From: Flavobacterium sp.
GTDB taxonomy: Bacteria > Bacteroidota > Bacteroidia > Flavobacteriales > Flavobacteriaceae
NCBI RefSeq assembly: GCF_040379285.1
Contig: NZ_JBEILJ010000007.1
Coordinates: 1,134-65,133 of the forward strand
Reading direction: 5' to 3'
Length of the DNA stretch: 64,000 nt
The position numbers and the translations under genes are program-made. Positions 29,147 to 39,691 of this stretch are shown in pieces; position 1 is the first letter of the stretch, and every line of letters starts with the position of its first letter. The notes under the pieces were generated by a model. The model was given only the letters and a program-made list of their open reading frames with translations, did not search any database and was not told the DNA's origin.

Positions 29147-30613
29147 TCATCGTTTTAAAAAACGAGGCAAAAAACGATCCAATACTTCGTTTACCTCATC
29201 GGAAACGCGAAGATAATAATGGGCAAACAGATACAGTGGCGCCACTAATAAAGATTTAAATACGATGTTAATTATCGGGTGGAAAGGAAAATCCCAAGCA
29301 TAAAATAGCCCAAAAACAACCATTAAAACTACTAACGATCGAACCGTATACAGGGTAAAAGGAAAAAGTTTCAACTTCTTAACGACAAAAACAAATTTCA
29401 CCGTATTGTACAGCATGATTGTCAGTAATGTTGCCAAAGCCGAACCATTGATACCATACATAGGAATACAAATGGTATTCAAAACAATCATCAATACCAC
29501 AGTAGCCACGCCAAAAAATAAAACCATGCGGTAGTATCGGGTATTGACAATTATCGCGTTGTTATTGCCCAAAAGCACATCGTAATACTTAGAAATCCCT
29601 ATCATAAATACCACCCAAACGCCCCCGTCGTAATTATCGGGAATAATGCGATACAACATGTGGATATTGGTTAGAATTAATACCAACAATAAACCGCCAG
29701 TGATTTGCAAATTGATGGATGTTTTTTGATATAATTGTTGCAATTCATCCCATCTTTCTTGCACCATCAAGCGCGCAGTAATTGGGGATACAATTTGATT
29801 CATCGCACGGTAAGGTACTGCAATAACGGTGGCAATAAAAATAGCTACCGAATACACTGCATTGTGCGCGATAGGTAGATATTGCGGAATCATTACTTTA
29901 TCAAAATCGACCAACATAACCGCAATGCCTCCCGATACGATAATGAAGGAAGAATAATAAAATATCTCTTTAAAATTATGCGGAATTTGTAAGGCAAAAG
30001 AAGGGCGTCGCACCCGCATCGCATAAGCAAACATGACTACCGTTTGTAACGCATAAATCCCTGTAACACTGTATATAAATTGTGCCTTCGTGAGGTAATC
30101 AAAATGAAGCAAAATCAAATGAAACATGATTAAAGCCCGTCCGAAAACCTCATAAATAAAGTTGCCATAAACCGAACGTAAATGCACTTTTACCCATGCA
30201 TAAAAAACTTCAAAATAGGCCATTAGAAAACCAATAACCGGAATTAAACCGAAAAAGGGTTGTAACGAAGGATTTTCAGTCACCCAATAGGAAGCGATGC
30301 TATCGTAAAAACAGTAAAACAATACGCCAATAGGAATCATTAAGTAAAAAGGAACCAACGCCATAAATGCAAGAAAACGCTCTCGCTTGGCCTCTGAATC
30401 GTATTGAGTATAAAACCGAATGATGGTGTTTTGTGCGCCAAAAGCCATCAAGGGCATCATAATATTGGCCCCAGAAAGCAAGGTCGATACAATGCCATAA
30501 TGTTCTTTTCCTAAAAAATGGGTATAAAAAAACAAGGCATTAATCGCACCAATTCCAAAACCGAAAAAGGTAATGACGGTATTTTTAATGGATTGATTTT
30601 GAACTATTCCCAT
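29147..30613 (-). CDS. Polysaccharide flippase (Wzx/MATE-like)
   Basis: Many TM segments; MGIVQNQSIKN...; DFDKVMIP...AVYSVAIFIA. Confidence 0.85.
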   Translation of the reverse strand: MGIVQNQSIKNTVITFFGFGIGAINALFFYTHFLGKEHYGIVSTLLSGANIMMPLMAFGAQNTIIRFYTQYDSEAKRERFLAFMALVPFYLMIPIGVLFYCFYDSIASYWVTENPSLQPFFGLIPVIGFLMAYFEVFYAWVKVHLRSVYGNFIYEVFGRALIMFHLILLHFDYLTKAQFIYSVTGIYALQTVVMFAYAMRVRRPSFALQIPHNFKEIFYYSSFIIVSGGIAVMLVDFDKVMIPQYLPIAHNAVYSVAIFIATVIAVPYRAMNQIVSPITARLMVQERWDELQQLYQKTSINLQITGGLLLVLILTNIHMLYRIIPDNYDGGVWVVFMIGISKYYDVLLGNNNAIIVNTRYYRMVLFFGVATVVLMIVLNTICIPMYGINGSALATLLTIMLYNTVKFVFVVKKLKLFPFTLYTVRSLVVLMVVFGLFYAWDFPFHPIINIVFKSLLVAPLYLFAHYYLRVSDEVNEVLDRFLPRFLKR

Positions 30614-31909
30614 TTAAACGGAATGAATTAGTTGAACCAATGCTTGGGTTAGTTGCTTTCGCGAATACTGTTGGAGTCCCACGGGATGTGTCTGGAGATT
30701 ACCCGCTTGATACTGAGTGTAAAGTTCGCTAATTTTTTGCTTCAATGCGACTTTTTCCGCATAGGTAAAAAAAGTACCTGTGTTCGTAGAATTTACAATT
30801 TCGGCAAAATCAGAACCTTTCGGACCCAAAGCAACGATCGGACGACCGGAAACCATATATTCAAATAATTTTCCAGGGATAATACTGCGGGTTTCTGTCG
30901 AGTCAATTTCGATCAATAATAGAACTTGGGATTTACGCTGATGCGCTACTGCTTCGTCATGGGCTACATACCCCAAATTATTCACGTACGGATTCAGTTG
31001 ATAATGGGAAATGCTTTGCAACACTTCTTCACTGACTTTACCGATTAACTTCAAGGAAAAATCAGCAGCAAACTGTGGATTTTCATGAATAAGTTCGGCT
31101 AAAACTTCCCATAAAATAATTGGATTTCGGTCGGAAAGAAACGAACCGATGTGCGCAAGGGAAAACGAAGTATCCAACGTTTGTGGGGGTACTTGTTCGG
31201 TATCGTAGCCATTGGTGATGACTGTAATAGGTTGGGAAGTAAGCGCAGAAAATTCTTCTTTTGTGGTGGGACTCGTCACCAAAATATGATCGGCGCTTTG
31301 CAATACTTGTCGCTCCAAGTCACGATGAATTTTAGCCGCATACCTTGACAACTTTAAGGCTTTGTGGTACCCAATGGTCGTCCATGGATCACGAAAATCG
31401 GCTATCCATTTTACATTCATCGAAGCACGCAATTGCTTACCTATTAAATGCAAACTGTGCGGCGGACCCGAAGTAATGATCGTGGTAATCCCTTCTTTTT
31501 CTATATAATTTTTTAAAAAATGAACCGACGGTTTTACCCATAAAAAGCGGGCATCAGGAATAAAAATATTGCCCCGAACCCATAGCAGAAATTTTTGTAA
31601 AACCGATTGTTTTTGGGCTGCGGGTATAATCCCTGAACTGATTTTTTGAGTCGATTTTTTTGAAAACAAAGCCGCCCATTGGTAGGGCTCTCGAATTTTC
31701 TTTTTGATCACGATGGCCTTCTCCGACACTTCACGAAGCAAACCCGCATCTTGTATGGGATAACTGGGATTTTCGGGGACATACACATAAGGAATCACGT
31801 CAAAATCGGGAAGGTATTTTACAAATTTTAACCAACGCTGTACGCCTGGCCCTCCCGCAGGTGGCCAATAGTAGGTGATGATTAAAACTTTTTCCTTAGT
31901 GGTACTCAT
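30614..31909 (-). CDS. Glycosyltransferase family 4
   Basis: ITYYWPPAGGPGVQRWLK, SGPPHS, DFRDPW and IPGKLFEYM. Confidence 0.92.
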   Translation of the reverse strand: MSTTKEKVLIITYYWPPAGGPGVQRWLKFVKYLPDFDVIPYVYVPENPSYPIQDAGLLREVSEKAIVIKKKIREPYQWAALFSKKSTQKISSGIIPAAQKQSVLQKFLLWVRGNIFIPDARFLWVKPSVHFLKNYIEKEGITTIITSGPPHSLHLIGKQLRASMNVKWIADFRDPWTTIGYHKALKLSRYAAKIHRDLERQVLQSADHILVTSPTTKEEFSALTSQPITVITNGYDTEQVPPQTLDTSFSLAHIGSFLSDRNPIILWEVLAELIHENPQFAADFSLKLIGKVSEEVLQSISHYQLNPYVNNLGYVAHDEAVAHQRKSQVLLLIEIDSTETRSIIPGKLFEYMVSGRPIVALGPKGSDFAEIVNSTNTGTFFTYAEKVALKQKISELYTQYQAGNLQTHPVGLQQYSRKQLTQALVQLIHSV

Positions 31910-31912
31910 ACC

Positions 31913-34378
31913 TTACGAGGGAGAATGTTCTTTCTGTTGGCGACGGTCAAGATAAATACCCACAATGGATAACAAAACAATTAGGATAAAACTGATTAAC
32001 GATACCATGCTGCCTGTTTTTACCACTTGGGGTTCAAACGTGAACGTGATCGTGTGTTTACCCGCAGGAACAACCATACCCCGTAATGCAAAGTTTACCT
32101 TGCCATAAGCTACGGATTTTCCATCGATTTTGGCCTGCCACCCCGGTTTGTAATACATTTCAGAAAACACTACAAAACCTTCATGCTTGCTGTTGGAAAC
32201 ATAGATTAACTTATTGGGACGGTAGGCTGTGAGTTGTACACGAGCCGTGGTATCGCGCACAAATCGCGTTGGTGTGGGTTTAAATTCATTGCGATTATAA
32301 ACGGCAACCGACTTGGTTTTCAACGTATCTAAGCTTTTCATTACCGCATCATCCGAGGGTACGCCTTGAATCGAATGGACAAACCAAGCATTCCCATTGG
32401 CATTGGGATTAAGGGTGGGAAACTGCTCCCCTTTTTCATTCACTTGGATAATGTATTTGATGTTCAACATATCCAATACCTCTTTGTTATTTTTGGCAAT
32501 TTGATAGTCAAACAACTCCTGAATGGCACGGGGTTTAACAGCACTGTATCCGCCTATCGATTTGTGGAAAAAGGACGCGCGGGCACTACTCATATTGCCT
32601 TCTACATCCAATACGCGGTAGTAGGTAGTGTCTTGTAAGATTTGTTCGTCGGCGGGCGTGGCTTGAAAAGGACGATCAACCTCATGTGCGGAGACGAAAT
32701 CAGTACTATCGACATATTTTTTATCGACCAATACCAAATCAATAACCATAACGATACCGACACAGAGGATGGTATTCATAGCGCCTAATTTTACTTTGGA
32801 AAAACGCCAAAGAAACACAAAGGCTAAAGCCATTAAAAATCCGGAGCGCAACAAATCGGCGGCATACAAGGTTTCCCGATCGGCTTTTAGGGCGTCGATA
32901 AAACCTATACCGAATGATTTATCTTGTCCTTCACTAAACATGCGAAGTAAATCCGCATCCAAAGTCCCCGAAAAATTAAAACTGCTTTTGAGGAAAAAAA
33001 TTAGCAGCAAAATACCCAAACAAGTCAGTCCTGCTTTCTTCAAATTATTCCATCGCTTTTCGGGCTCAGTGGTCATAAACGCATGGAGTCCCATAATTGC
33101 CAATACCGGTATACACAATTCCAAAACGACTTGAATTGAAGATACCGCGCGAAACTTATCGTACAAAGGAACATAATCGATAAAAAAGTCGGTTAAGGCT
33201 GGGAAATTTCTCCCCCATGACAGCAGCAACGATACCAAAGCTCCACCAAAAAAAACCCATTTAAGCTGACGTTTGTCATGATACAAGGCCAAAACAAAAA
33301 GAAAGAAAACAACGGCTCCGATATAGGCAGGTGCGGCAACAATGGGTTGCTCTCCCCAATAGGTTCGCGCATACGCATCGGTAAACTGGCGGGCTTCTGA
33401 CTCGGTTGCCCCATAGTTCAACATGAATTGATACACGCTCGAATCGTCGCTTAACTTTTCGTCGTTACCTCCACCAAACAATCGGGGAGCGATAAGATTT
33501 AAACTCTCGGCAATTCCGTAACTGTACTCTGTAATATAACTTCGGTCAAGAGTGGCCTTATCGGTTTTGGGCTTTCCGTCGGGTTCCAATTGCAAGGCAC
33601 TCTTTCCACGGGTACTAAATTGCGCATATTCTTGGGTAGCGAGAAGTGACGTGGCATTGGCCCCTATCGCTAGAATTAAAGTGATGGCAAAGGTGGCAAC
33701 GGTTTTCCCTAAGGCCGAAAAGTCCTTTTCGCGCAGCATTTTGATACCGTAATAAATGCCCAATCCTAAAAGTACGATGAGCAAATAGTAGGTCATTTGA
33801 AAGTGATTGGCATTGATTTCGAGCGCAACTGCAAAAAGCGTTAAAATGCCCCCCCACAAATACCGTTTTTGAAACACCCATAAAACACCGGCTACGACCA
33901 ACGGCATGTAGGCGATTGCATGGGCTTTGGCGTTGTGTCCCACACCCAAAATGATAATCAAATAGGTTGAAAAACCAAAAGCTAAAGCCCCAAAGAAGGC
34001 CTTCAACGGATCGGTTTTAAGCACGAGCATTAGCACGTAAAACCCAATAAAATAAAGCCATAAATAATCGGCAGGACGCGGTAAAAAACGCAATATATCG
34101 TCGATTGCACCGATGTAATCGTGAGGGTATTTTGCCCCCAATTGGTAGGTGGGCATTCCCCCAAAAGCACTATTGGTCCAATACGGCTCGGTATCATAGG
34201 TAGCGCGAAAATCATTTTGCTCCTTGGCCATACCCGTATATTGTACGATATCGCTTTGATAAATTTTTCTTCCTTGTAAAATGGGATAAAAATAGAATAC
34301 AGCTATGAGGATAAATCCCGAAATGGCTAACAAATGAGGATATCCTTTTTGAAGGTATGCTTGAATTTTTTGCATCAT
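31913..34378 (-). CDS. YfhO family membrane (GT-C-like) protein
   Basis: WTNSAFGGMPTYQ, NHFQMTYY, YDKFRA and FSEMYY...GWQAKIDG. Confidence 0.9.
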   Translation of the reverse strand: MMQKIQAYLQKGYPHLLAISGFILIAVFYFYPILQGRKIYQSDIVQYTGMAKEQNDFRATYDTEPYWTNSAFGGMPTYQLGAKYPHDYIGAIDDILRFLPRPADYLWLYFIGFYVLMLVLKTDPLKAFFGALAFGFSTYLIIILGVGHNAKAHAIAYMPLVVAGVLWVFQKRYLWGGILTLFAVALEINANHFQMTYYLLIVLLGLGIYYGIKMLREKDFSALGKTVATFAITLILAIGANATSLLATQEYAQFSTRGKSALQLEPDGKPKTDKATLDRSYITEYSYGIAESLNLIAPRLFGGGNDEKLSDDSSVYQFMLNYGATESEARQFTDAYARTYWGEQPIVAAPAYIGAVVFFLFVLALYHDKRQLKWVFFGGALVSLLLSWGRNFPALTDFFIDYVPLYDKFRAVSSIQVVLELCIPVLAIMGLHAFMTTEPEKRWNNLKKAGLTCLGILLLIFFLKSSFNFSGTLDADLLRMFSEGQDKSFGIGFIDALKADRETLYAADLLRSGFLMALAFVFLWRFSKVKLGAMNTILCVGIVMVIDLVLVDKKYVDSTDFVSAHEVDRPFQATPADEQILQDTTYYRVLDVEGNMSSARASFFHKSIGGYSAVKPRAIQELFDYQIAKNNKEVLDMLNIKYIIQVNEKGEQFPTLNPNANGNAWFVHSIQGVPSDDAVMKSLDTLKTKSVAVYNRNEFKPTPTRFVRDTTARVQLTAYRPNKLIYVSNSKHEGFVVFSEMYYKPGWQAKIDGKSVAYGKVNFALRGMVVPAGKHTITFTFEPQVVKTGSMVSLISFILIVLLSIVGIYLDRRQQKEHSPS

Positions 34379-34391
34379 AAAAATAAATTTG

Positions 34392-34646
34392 CTAATCCTT
34401 TACTTCTTCAAAATCGATGTATTCACCGACTTGTTTTTCGCTCTTCTTGGGCGCTGAAGTTGAGGCTTTAGTAGACTGATTTTGTTGGTGTTGACGGAAT
34501 TTATCTTCCATCTGTTGATTGGCTTTTTCAACCACTTTTTGCGCTAAGATAGGCAACAATAAGCGGGCGATAAAACGAAATAAGTAGTAAAACAGAATGA
34601 TATAAAACAAGGTCTTTAGAAGTCCTTGTAAACTGGCTTCCTGCAT
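34392..34646 (-). CDS. DUF4834-like small membrane protein
   Basis: N-terminal TM; C-terminal GEYIDFEEVK. Confidence 0.8.
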   Translation of the reverse strand: MQEASLQGLLKTLFYIILFYYLFRFIARLLLPILAQKVVEKANQQMEDKFRQHQQNQSTKASTSAPKKSEKQVGEYIDFEEVKD

Positions 34647-34758
34647 GGGTATAAATTTTGTCAAAAATACTAAAAACCATATAGGAAATCATGGTGTAGG
34701 TCATAAATAAATAATAAAAAGTGTACTTTTGGGTCACCTAACCCACAACTAATTGACC

Positions 34759-35742
34759 ATGAAATCCACCCATTTACATCTGTTGGTTCTCACCCTTGGC
34801 TCATTACTCACCCATGCGCAGTATACGGATGAAATCAACACCAATCGTCCCGGCGAATCGATGAATGCTTATGCGGTTGGAAAACGTGTCCTACAATTTG
34901 AGTCGGGATTTAGCTACAGTCAGGAACAATTTGACCGTAATGCCTTCAATACCGAAGGATATTTGGTGAGTTTGACCACGCGTTATGGATTTTTTAAAGA
35001 GGAATTGGAAGGGATTTTAGAAATGACCTACCAAAACGACAGCTACTTTTCACCGGCGGGCAATTTTCATCGAGACGGCTTCCGACGGGTTCTTTTGGGA
35101 TTTAAATATTTGATTTATGATCCGTTTAAAAACTATGATGCCAAACCCAACTTATACAGCTGGAAAGCCAACCATAAATTCAATTGGCGCATGATGATTC
35201 CAGCGGTATCGGTTTATGCGGGAACCAATATTAAAGTGGGGAATTATCCTTTTATGTATCCCGGCGAATCTTATGGTACTTTTAGTCCAAAAGTGATGTT
35301 GATTTCTCAAAATGTATTTTCTGGAGCTTGGGCTTTTGTAACGAATACCTTTGTAGACAAAATTGCCTCCAACAACCAAACTGTGGGATTCATTGGAACC
35401 ATTACCAAAGGATTTGATCGTTGGTCGGGATTTATTGAAGGAAAAATGCTCAGCGGAGGCTATTACAGCGATGTGTTTATGACCGCAGGAGCAGCCTATT
35501 TATGGGGAACGAGTTTTCAAGTCGATGCGTTTATCAGTCAAAACATGAAAAATACCCCTTCGATTACATACGCTGGTTTGGGCGTTTCGTGGCGAACGGA
35601 TACGTATTATGAAGACAATTTGATTCGCGCTCCCAAAAAAGAAGAAAAGAAAAAGAAAAAAACCAAAGGCGAGAAGAAAAAAGAAAAAGAGAAAGAAAAA
35701 CTAAAAAAACGTTTGGACGAAGTTCCCACAGCAAAACCTTAA
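34759..35742 (+). CDS. Outer-membrane transporter-like beta-barrel (MetA-pathway/Phenol_MetA_deg-like)
   Basis: Signal peptide; INTNRPGES...VGKRVLQFESG; Lys-rich tail. Confidence 0.75.
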   Translation: MKSTHLHLLVLTLGSLLTHAQYTDEINTNRPGESMNAYAVGKRVLQFESGFSYSQEQFDRNAFNTEGYLVSLTTRYGFFKEELEGILEMTYQNDSYFSPAGNFHRDGFRRVLLGFKYLIYDPFKNYDAKPNLYSWKANHKFNWRMMIPAVSVYAGTNIKVGNYPFMYPGESYGTFSPKVMLISQNVFSGAWAFVTNTFVDKIASNNQTVGFIGTITKGFDRWSGFIEGKMLSGGYYSDVFMTAGAAYLWGTSFQVDAFISQNMKNTPSITYAGLGVSWRTDTYYEDNLIRAPKKEEKKKKKTKGEKKKEKEKEKLKKRLDEVPTAKP

Positions 35743-35746
35743 TACG

Positions 35747-36865
35747 ATGATTACCCTTATAGAAGTCAATTCAAAAGCCTTATTTCGCGAATTTGTCACC
35801 TTTCCGTTTCGTTTGTATAAAAACGATCCCAACTGGGTGCCGCCCTTGATTGAAGACGAATTGGCCACGTTGGATGCATCAAAAAACCCCGCTTTTGACC
35901 AAGCTGAAGCCTTGTTTTACTTGGCGCAACGCGAGGGAATAACCGTGGGTCGCATTGCAGCGATTATCAATTGGGAAGAAGTGAACAACCAAAAGAAACG
36001 CAAGGTCCGCTTCGGATGGTGGGATGTTATTGATGATCTTTCGGTGACGGAAGCACTTTTAGAAAAAGTATATGCTTTGGGAAAAAAACATGACCTTACC
36101 TATGTAGAGGGTCCGATGGGTTTTTCTAATTTGGATAAAGTTGGCGTGGTCACCGAGGGATTTGACCGTTTGGCTTCCATGATTACCTGGTATAATTATC
36201 CTTACTTCAAAACGCATTTGGAACACTTGGGATTTGTTAAAGAAAAAGAATACCTAGAAAATGTGTTTTCATTTAAAAGTATCGAAATCGAACCGTATCG
36301 AAAAGCAAGTACCTTGATACAAAAGCGTTACCAAGTGGTGTGCAAAAATTTCAATAAAACGGCAGAAATAATGCCTTATGTTGATGAAATGTTTGATTTG
36401 TTTAACAAAGCTTATGCCTCCTTAGCCTCTTTTGTAGCGATTAATGCTAAGCAAAAGGAATATTTTAAAAAAAAATACATTAGTTTAATCAAACCCGAGT
36501 ACATCAAGTTTGTTTTTGATAATGCTGGAAAACTAATCGCTTTTGGAATTGTAATGCCGAATCTATCCGCAGCAATGAAAAAAGCTAATGGTAAACTGTT
36601 TCCTTTTGGGTTTTATTACCTGTTGAAAGCGCAAAAAAAACACGAAGAAGTTTTATTTTATCTCATTGGAGTTGATCCCGATTATCAAAACAAAGGAGTA
36701 ACCGCCTTAATTTTTGAAGCGTATTATGATTCCTTCCAAAAAAATGGGGTACAAACTTGTGTTCGTACCCCAGAATTAGAGGAGAATACGGCCATTCATA
36801 ACATCTGGAAGAACTTCAACCCAACCGTTTTCAGACGCAGAAGGACCTATAAAAAATATTTATAA
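35747..36865 (+). CDS. GNAT-fold acyltransferase, YghO / bacterial ceramide synthase-like
   Basis: FPFRLYKNDPNWVPPL, VGRIAAIIN, RFGWWDVIDD, GPMGFSNLD and GVDPDYQNKG. Confidence 0.75.
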   Translation: MITLIEVNSKALFREFVTFPFRLYKNDPNWVPPLIEDELATLDASKNPAFDQAEALFYLAQREGITVGRIAAIINWEEVNNQKKRKVRFGWWDVIDDLSVTEALLEKVYALGKKHDLTYVEGPMGFSNLDKVGVVTEGFDRLASMITWYNYPYFKTHLEHLGFVKEKEYLENVFSFKSIEIEPYRKASTLIQKRYQVVCKNFNKTAEIMPYVDEMFDLFNKAYASLASFVAINAKQKEYFKKKYISLIKPEYIKFVFDNAGKLIAFGIVMPNLSAAMKKANGKLFPFGFYYLLKAQKKHEEVLFYLIGVDPDYQNKGVTALIFEAYYDSFQKNGVQTCVRTPELEENTAIHNIWKNFNPTVFRRRRTYKKYL

Positions 36866-37624
36866 TTATTCTCCGAGATAAATAAATCCATTCGCTGCCA
36901 TATAAGGGTTTTGAATGTTTAGAGATTCTTGAGTAACACCACCATTAATAGAAGAAGTGGTATGTGAATGCGATCCGCTTGAGGTGGTTTGTGCTGTATT
37001 CGTTGAGGCATTCAACAGTTGAAAGGTAATACCACCTGTAAGATTTAAGTTGTAACTCCCCACAGAACCAGCTCCATGGGTATGCGCGCCATTGGTAGAG
37101 GTTGAGAGCGTAACATCGGGTAATTGATTTTGAGAAATGGTCACGGTTGAATTACCACCATAAAAACCAAGAGGTTTACTAACACTCGAACCTACTAAAG
37201 TTTTATCCGATAAATTTGGTATGCTCTCACCAAACCCTAAAAGTGTGGCAGCCGCTTGTTGTGAAGGTGTTAATGCGCTAACAGAACGACCGTTTAACAA
37301 CACCCAACCTTGATGATCGGTCGTTTTGAGACTGTATTTCATGTCACCAAAATCGTGTACTTGTTGATAGATGGCAAGCCATTTGACACCATCATAATAG
37401 TAATAGCGATTGACAGTTGTAAAATACACCAATTGTCCCGCACGATTTCCTGTGGTAGGCAGGGCGTCCACTTGTGGAATAGCAATTCCCGCAGCTGCAT
37501 CAGGTGCACTGGGATTGGTTGTTCGAACATCTAAATCGGCTTGCGGATCTGTGGTTCCGATACCAACTTGTGCAAAAGATACACTTGTTGCAAAAAAACT
37601 GATAAGTAGTAATTTTTGTTTCAT
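36866..37624 (-). CDS. Secreted QVGIGT-type protein with C-terminal phage tail-collar-like domain
   Basis: Signal peptide + AQVGIGTTDP; GDMKYS...DHQGWVLLNGR, GGNSTVTISQNQLP, GAHTH, GSHSH and QNPYMAANGFIYLG. Confidence 0.65.
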   Translation of the reverse strand: MKQKLLLISFFATSVSFAQVGIGTTDPQADLDVRTTNPSAPDAAAGIAIPQVDALPTTGNRAGQLVYFTTVNRYYYYDGVKWLAIYQQVHDFGDMKYSLKTTDHQGWVLLNGRSVSALTPSQQAAATLLGFGESIPNLSDKTLVGSSVSKPLGFYGGNSTVTISQNQLPDVTLSTSTNGAHTHGAGSVGSYNLNLTGGITFQLLNASTNTAQTTSSGSHSHTTSSINGGVTQESLNIQNPYMAANGFIYLGE

Positions 37625-37949
37625 AGTAGTTCAATTTTGAAACTCAGAATTAGGGCTTTTGAGTAGGTTAAACATTTTTTTTTACTGCTGAATACCATTC
37701 GCTTTAAACGAGTATATTGTATTGTTATCAGGGTAAATCGTATTCAAATGTAGAATTATCCTACAAAGTAAAAAAACTTTTTATCGGTTAAATACTATAA
37801 TTTTCGACGAAATGAGTTTAATGTTATTTTTTGTAAGTATTTTCGTATTTTACAAAAAGCAATAAATGATTGGTGATAAAAGTGTGAAATAAAAAAATCC
37901 ACCCCGAAGGATGGACTTTTTATAGAGCATAAAAATTTATTTTTGTTGG

Positions 37950-39209
37950 TTACGATACATCAACCGTAGTGGCTTCCGCGATTTGTTTGTAGGTTCCGTT
38001 TTCTAACTTTTCACGGATAGCTTCAAAAGCGGCTAATGTTTCATCAATATCTTTTTTTGTATGGGAAGCTGTAGGTATCATACGCAATAGAATAATCCCC
38101 TTAGGAATTACAGGATACACCACAATAGAGAGGAATATATTATAATTTTCTCGCAAATCATTCACCATAACCATCGCTTCTGGAATTGAGCCTTCCAAAT
38201 ATACCGGAGTTACACAGGTATTGGTATCACCAATATTAAAACCGCGACTCGTCAATCCATTTTGCAAATAATTAACATTTTCCCATAGCTTATCTTTCAA
38301 CTCAGGCATGGTGCGCAACATTTCCAAACGTTTCAAAGCTCCAACGGTCATAATCATAGGTAAAGACTTGGCAAACATTTGAGAACGAAGGTTATATTTT
38401 AAATAATCAATCACGTCTTGGTCGGCGGCTACAAAGGCACCAATACTGGCCATTGATTTGGCAAACGTAGAGAAATAGACATCAATTGCATCCTGGCACC
38501 CTTGCTCTTCCCCTGCCCCGGCACCTGTTTTTCCTAACGTTCCAAAACCATGAGCATCGTCAACTAACAATCGGAAGTTGTACTTAGACTTCAAGTCGAC
38601 AATTTCTTTGATCTTTCCTTGTTGTCCACGCATACCAAAAACACCTTCAGTAATGACGAGAATACCTCCGCCATTTTCTTCCGCCATTTTGGTAGCCCGT
38701 TGTAAGTTTTTTTCCAAACTCTCAACATCATTGTGCTTGTAGGTAAAACGTTTTCCCATGTGCAAACGCACGCCATCAATAATACAACCGTGCGAATCGA
38801 CATCGTAGACAATCACATCGTTTTTGGTCACTAATGCATCGATAATCGACACCATTCCTTGGTAACCAAAATTCAATAAATAAGCCGCTTCTTTTTGGAC
38901 AAAAGTCGCCAGTTCATTTTGCAATTGTTCGTGTAATGTGGTATGACCACTCATCATACGTGCCCCCATCGGGTAAGCGGCACCGAATTGTTGTGCTGCT
39001 TCCGTATCTACTTTGCGAATTTCGGGATGATTGGCTAAACCTAAGTAATCATTAATACTCCAGTTTAAAATTTCTTTTCCTTGAAACTGCATTCGAGGCC
39101 CTAATTCACCTTCCAGCTTTGGAAAAACATAATACCCCTCTGCTTGAGAAGCCCATCGCCCTAACGGCCCTTTATTTTGTTGAATTCGTTCAAATAAATC
39201 TTTTACCAT
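37950..39209 (-). CDS. PLP-dependent alpha-oxoamine synthase (serine palmitoyltransferase / cysteate acyltransferase-like)
   Basis: NDYLGLA, GARMMSG, DSHGCIIDG, DDAHGFG and STFAKS (PLP Lys). Confidence 0.85.
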   Translation of the reverse strand: MVKDLFERIQQNKGPLGRWASQAEGYYVFPKLEGELGPRMQFQGKEILNWSINDYLGLANHPEIRKVDTEAAQQFGAAYPMGARMMSGHTTLHEQLQNELATFVQKEAAYLLNFGYQGMVSIIDALVTKNDVIVYDVDSHGCIIDGVRLHMGKRFTYKHNDVESLEKNLQRATKMAEENGGGILVITEGVFGMRGQQGKIKEIVDLKSKYNFRLLVDDAHGFGTLGKTGAGAGEEQGCQDAIDVYFSTFAKSMASIGAFVAADQDVIDYLKYNLRSQMFAKSLPMIMTVGALKRLEMLRTMPELKDKLWENVNYLQNGLTSRGFNIGDTNTCVTPVYLEGSIPEAMVMVNDLRENYNIFLSIVVYPVIPKGIILLRMIPTASHTKKDIDETLAAFEAIREKLENGTYKQIAEATTVDVS

Positions 39210-39299
39210 GATTCAAAACAGGTTATAATCGTTGCAAAAATAACGATAATCGATTTCTAATCATAGCGCTTTAACACGATTCTATCAACAACATATCGT

Positions 39300-39691
39300 T
39301 TATAATTCTTGCCTACACGTCAATATTGCTTCCAATAATCGCTCTTTGTCGACGGGTTTGGTCATATAATGGTTCATCCCCAATTCCCGAAGTCGAACTT
39401 TGGCAGCTTCCATAACATCGGCCTTTACAGCAATGATAGGGATAGCAGCCGTATTGATTCCCGATTACCCCTTATTGACTATGGTCGTTTCATATCCATA
39501 TATAATGGGCATTTACAAATCCGTCAATATTAAATTGTAAACTTAGATCGAAAGATAAGTCAGTGCTTTATTTCGGCACACAGATTGCAAATGGAGAACG
39601 GGAAAGAAAGGCAAAATTGTGCCAATACCATTCCGCTCCAAAAAAGAGAAATAAATCCAATAGCCATACGAAGATTTGGGGAACAACGCAT
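39300..39691 (-). pseudogene. Collapsed hybrid sensor kinase/response regulator relic (signal-peptide-like 5' end + broken receiver domain)
   Basis: Manual translation: YNLILTDL*MPIIYGYETT...IPIIAVKADVME...GMNHYMTKPVDKERLLEAI (DLQMP, IPIIA and KP receiver motifs) with three in-frame stops. Confidence 0.75.

Noticed and set aside
36866-37624. Prophage
   Set aside because: A single tail-collar-like gene with a Sec signal; no capsid, terminase, portal or integrase genes in the window.
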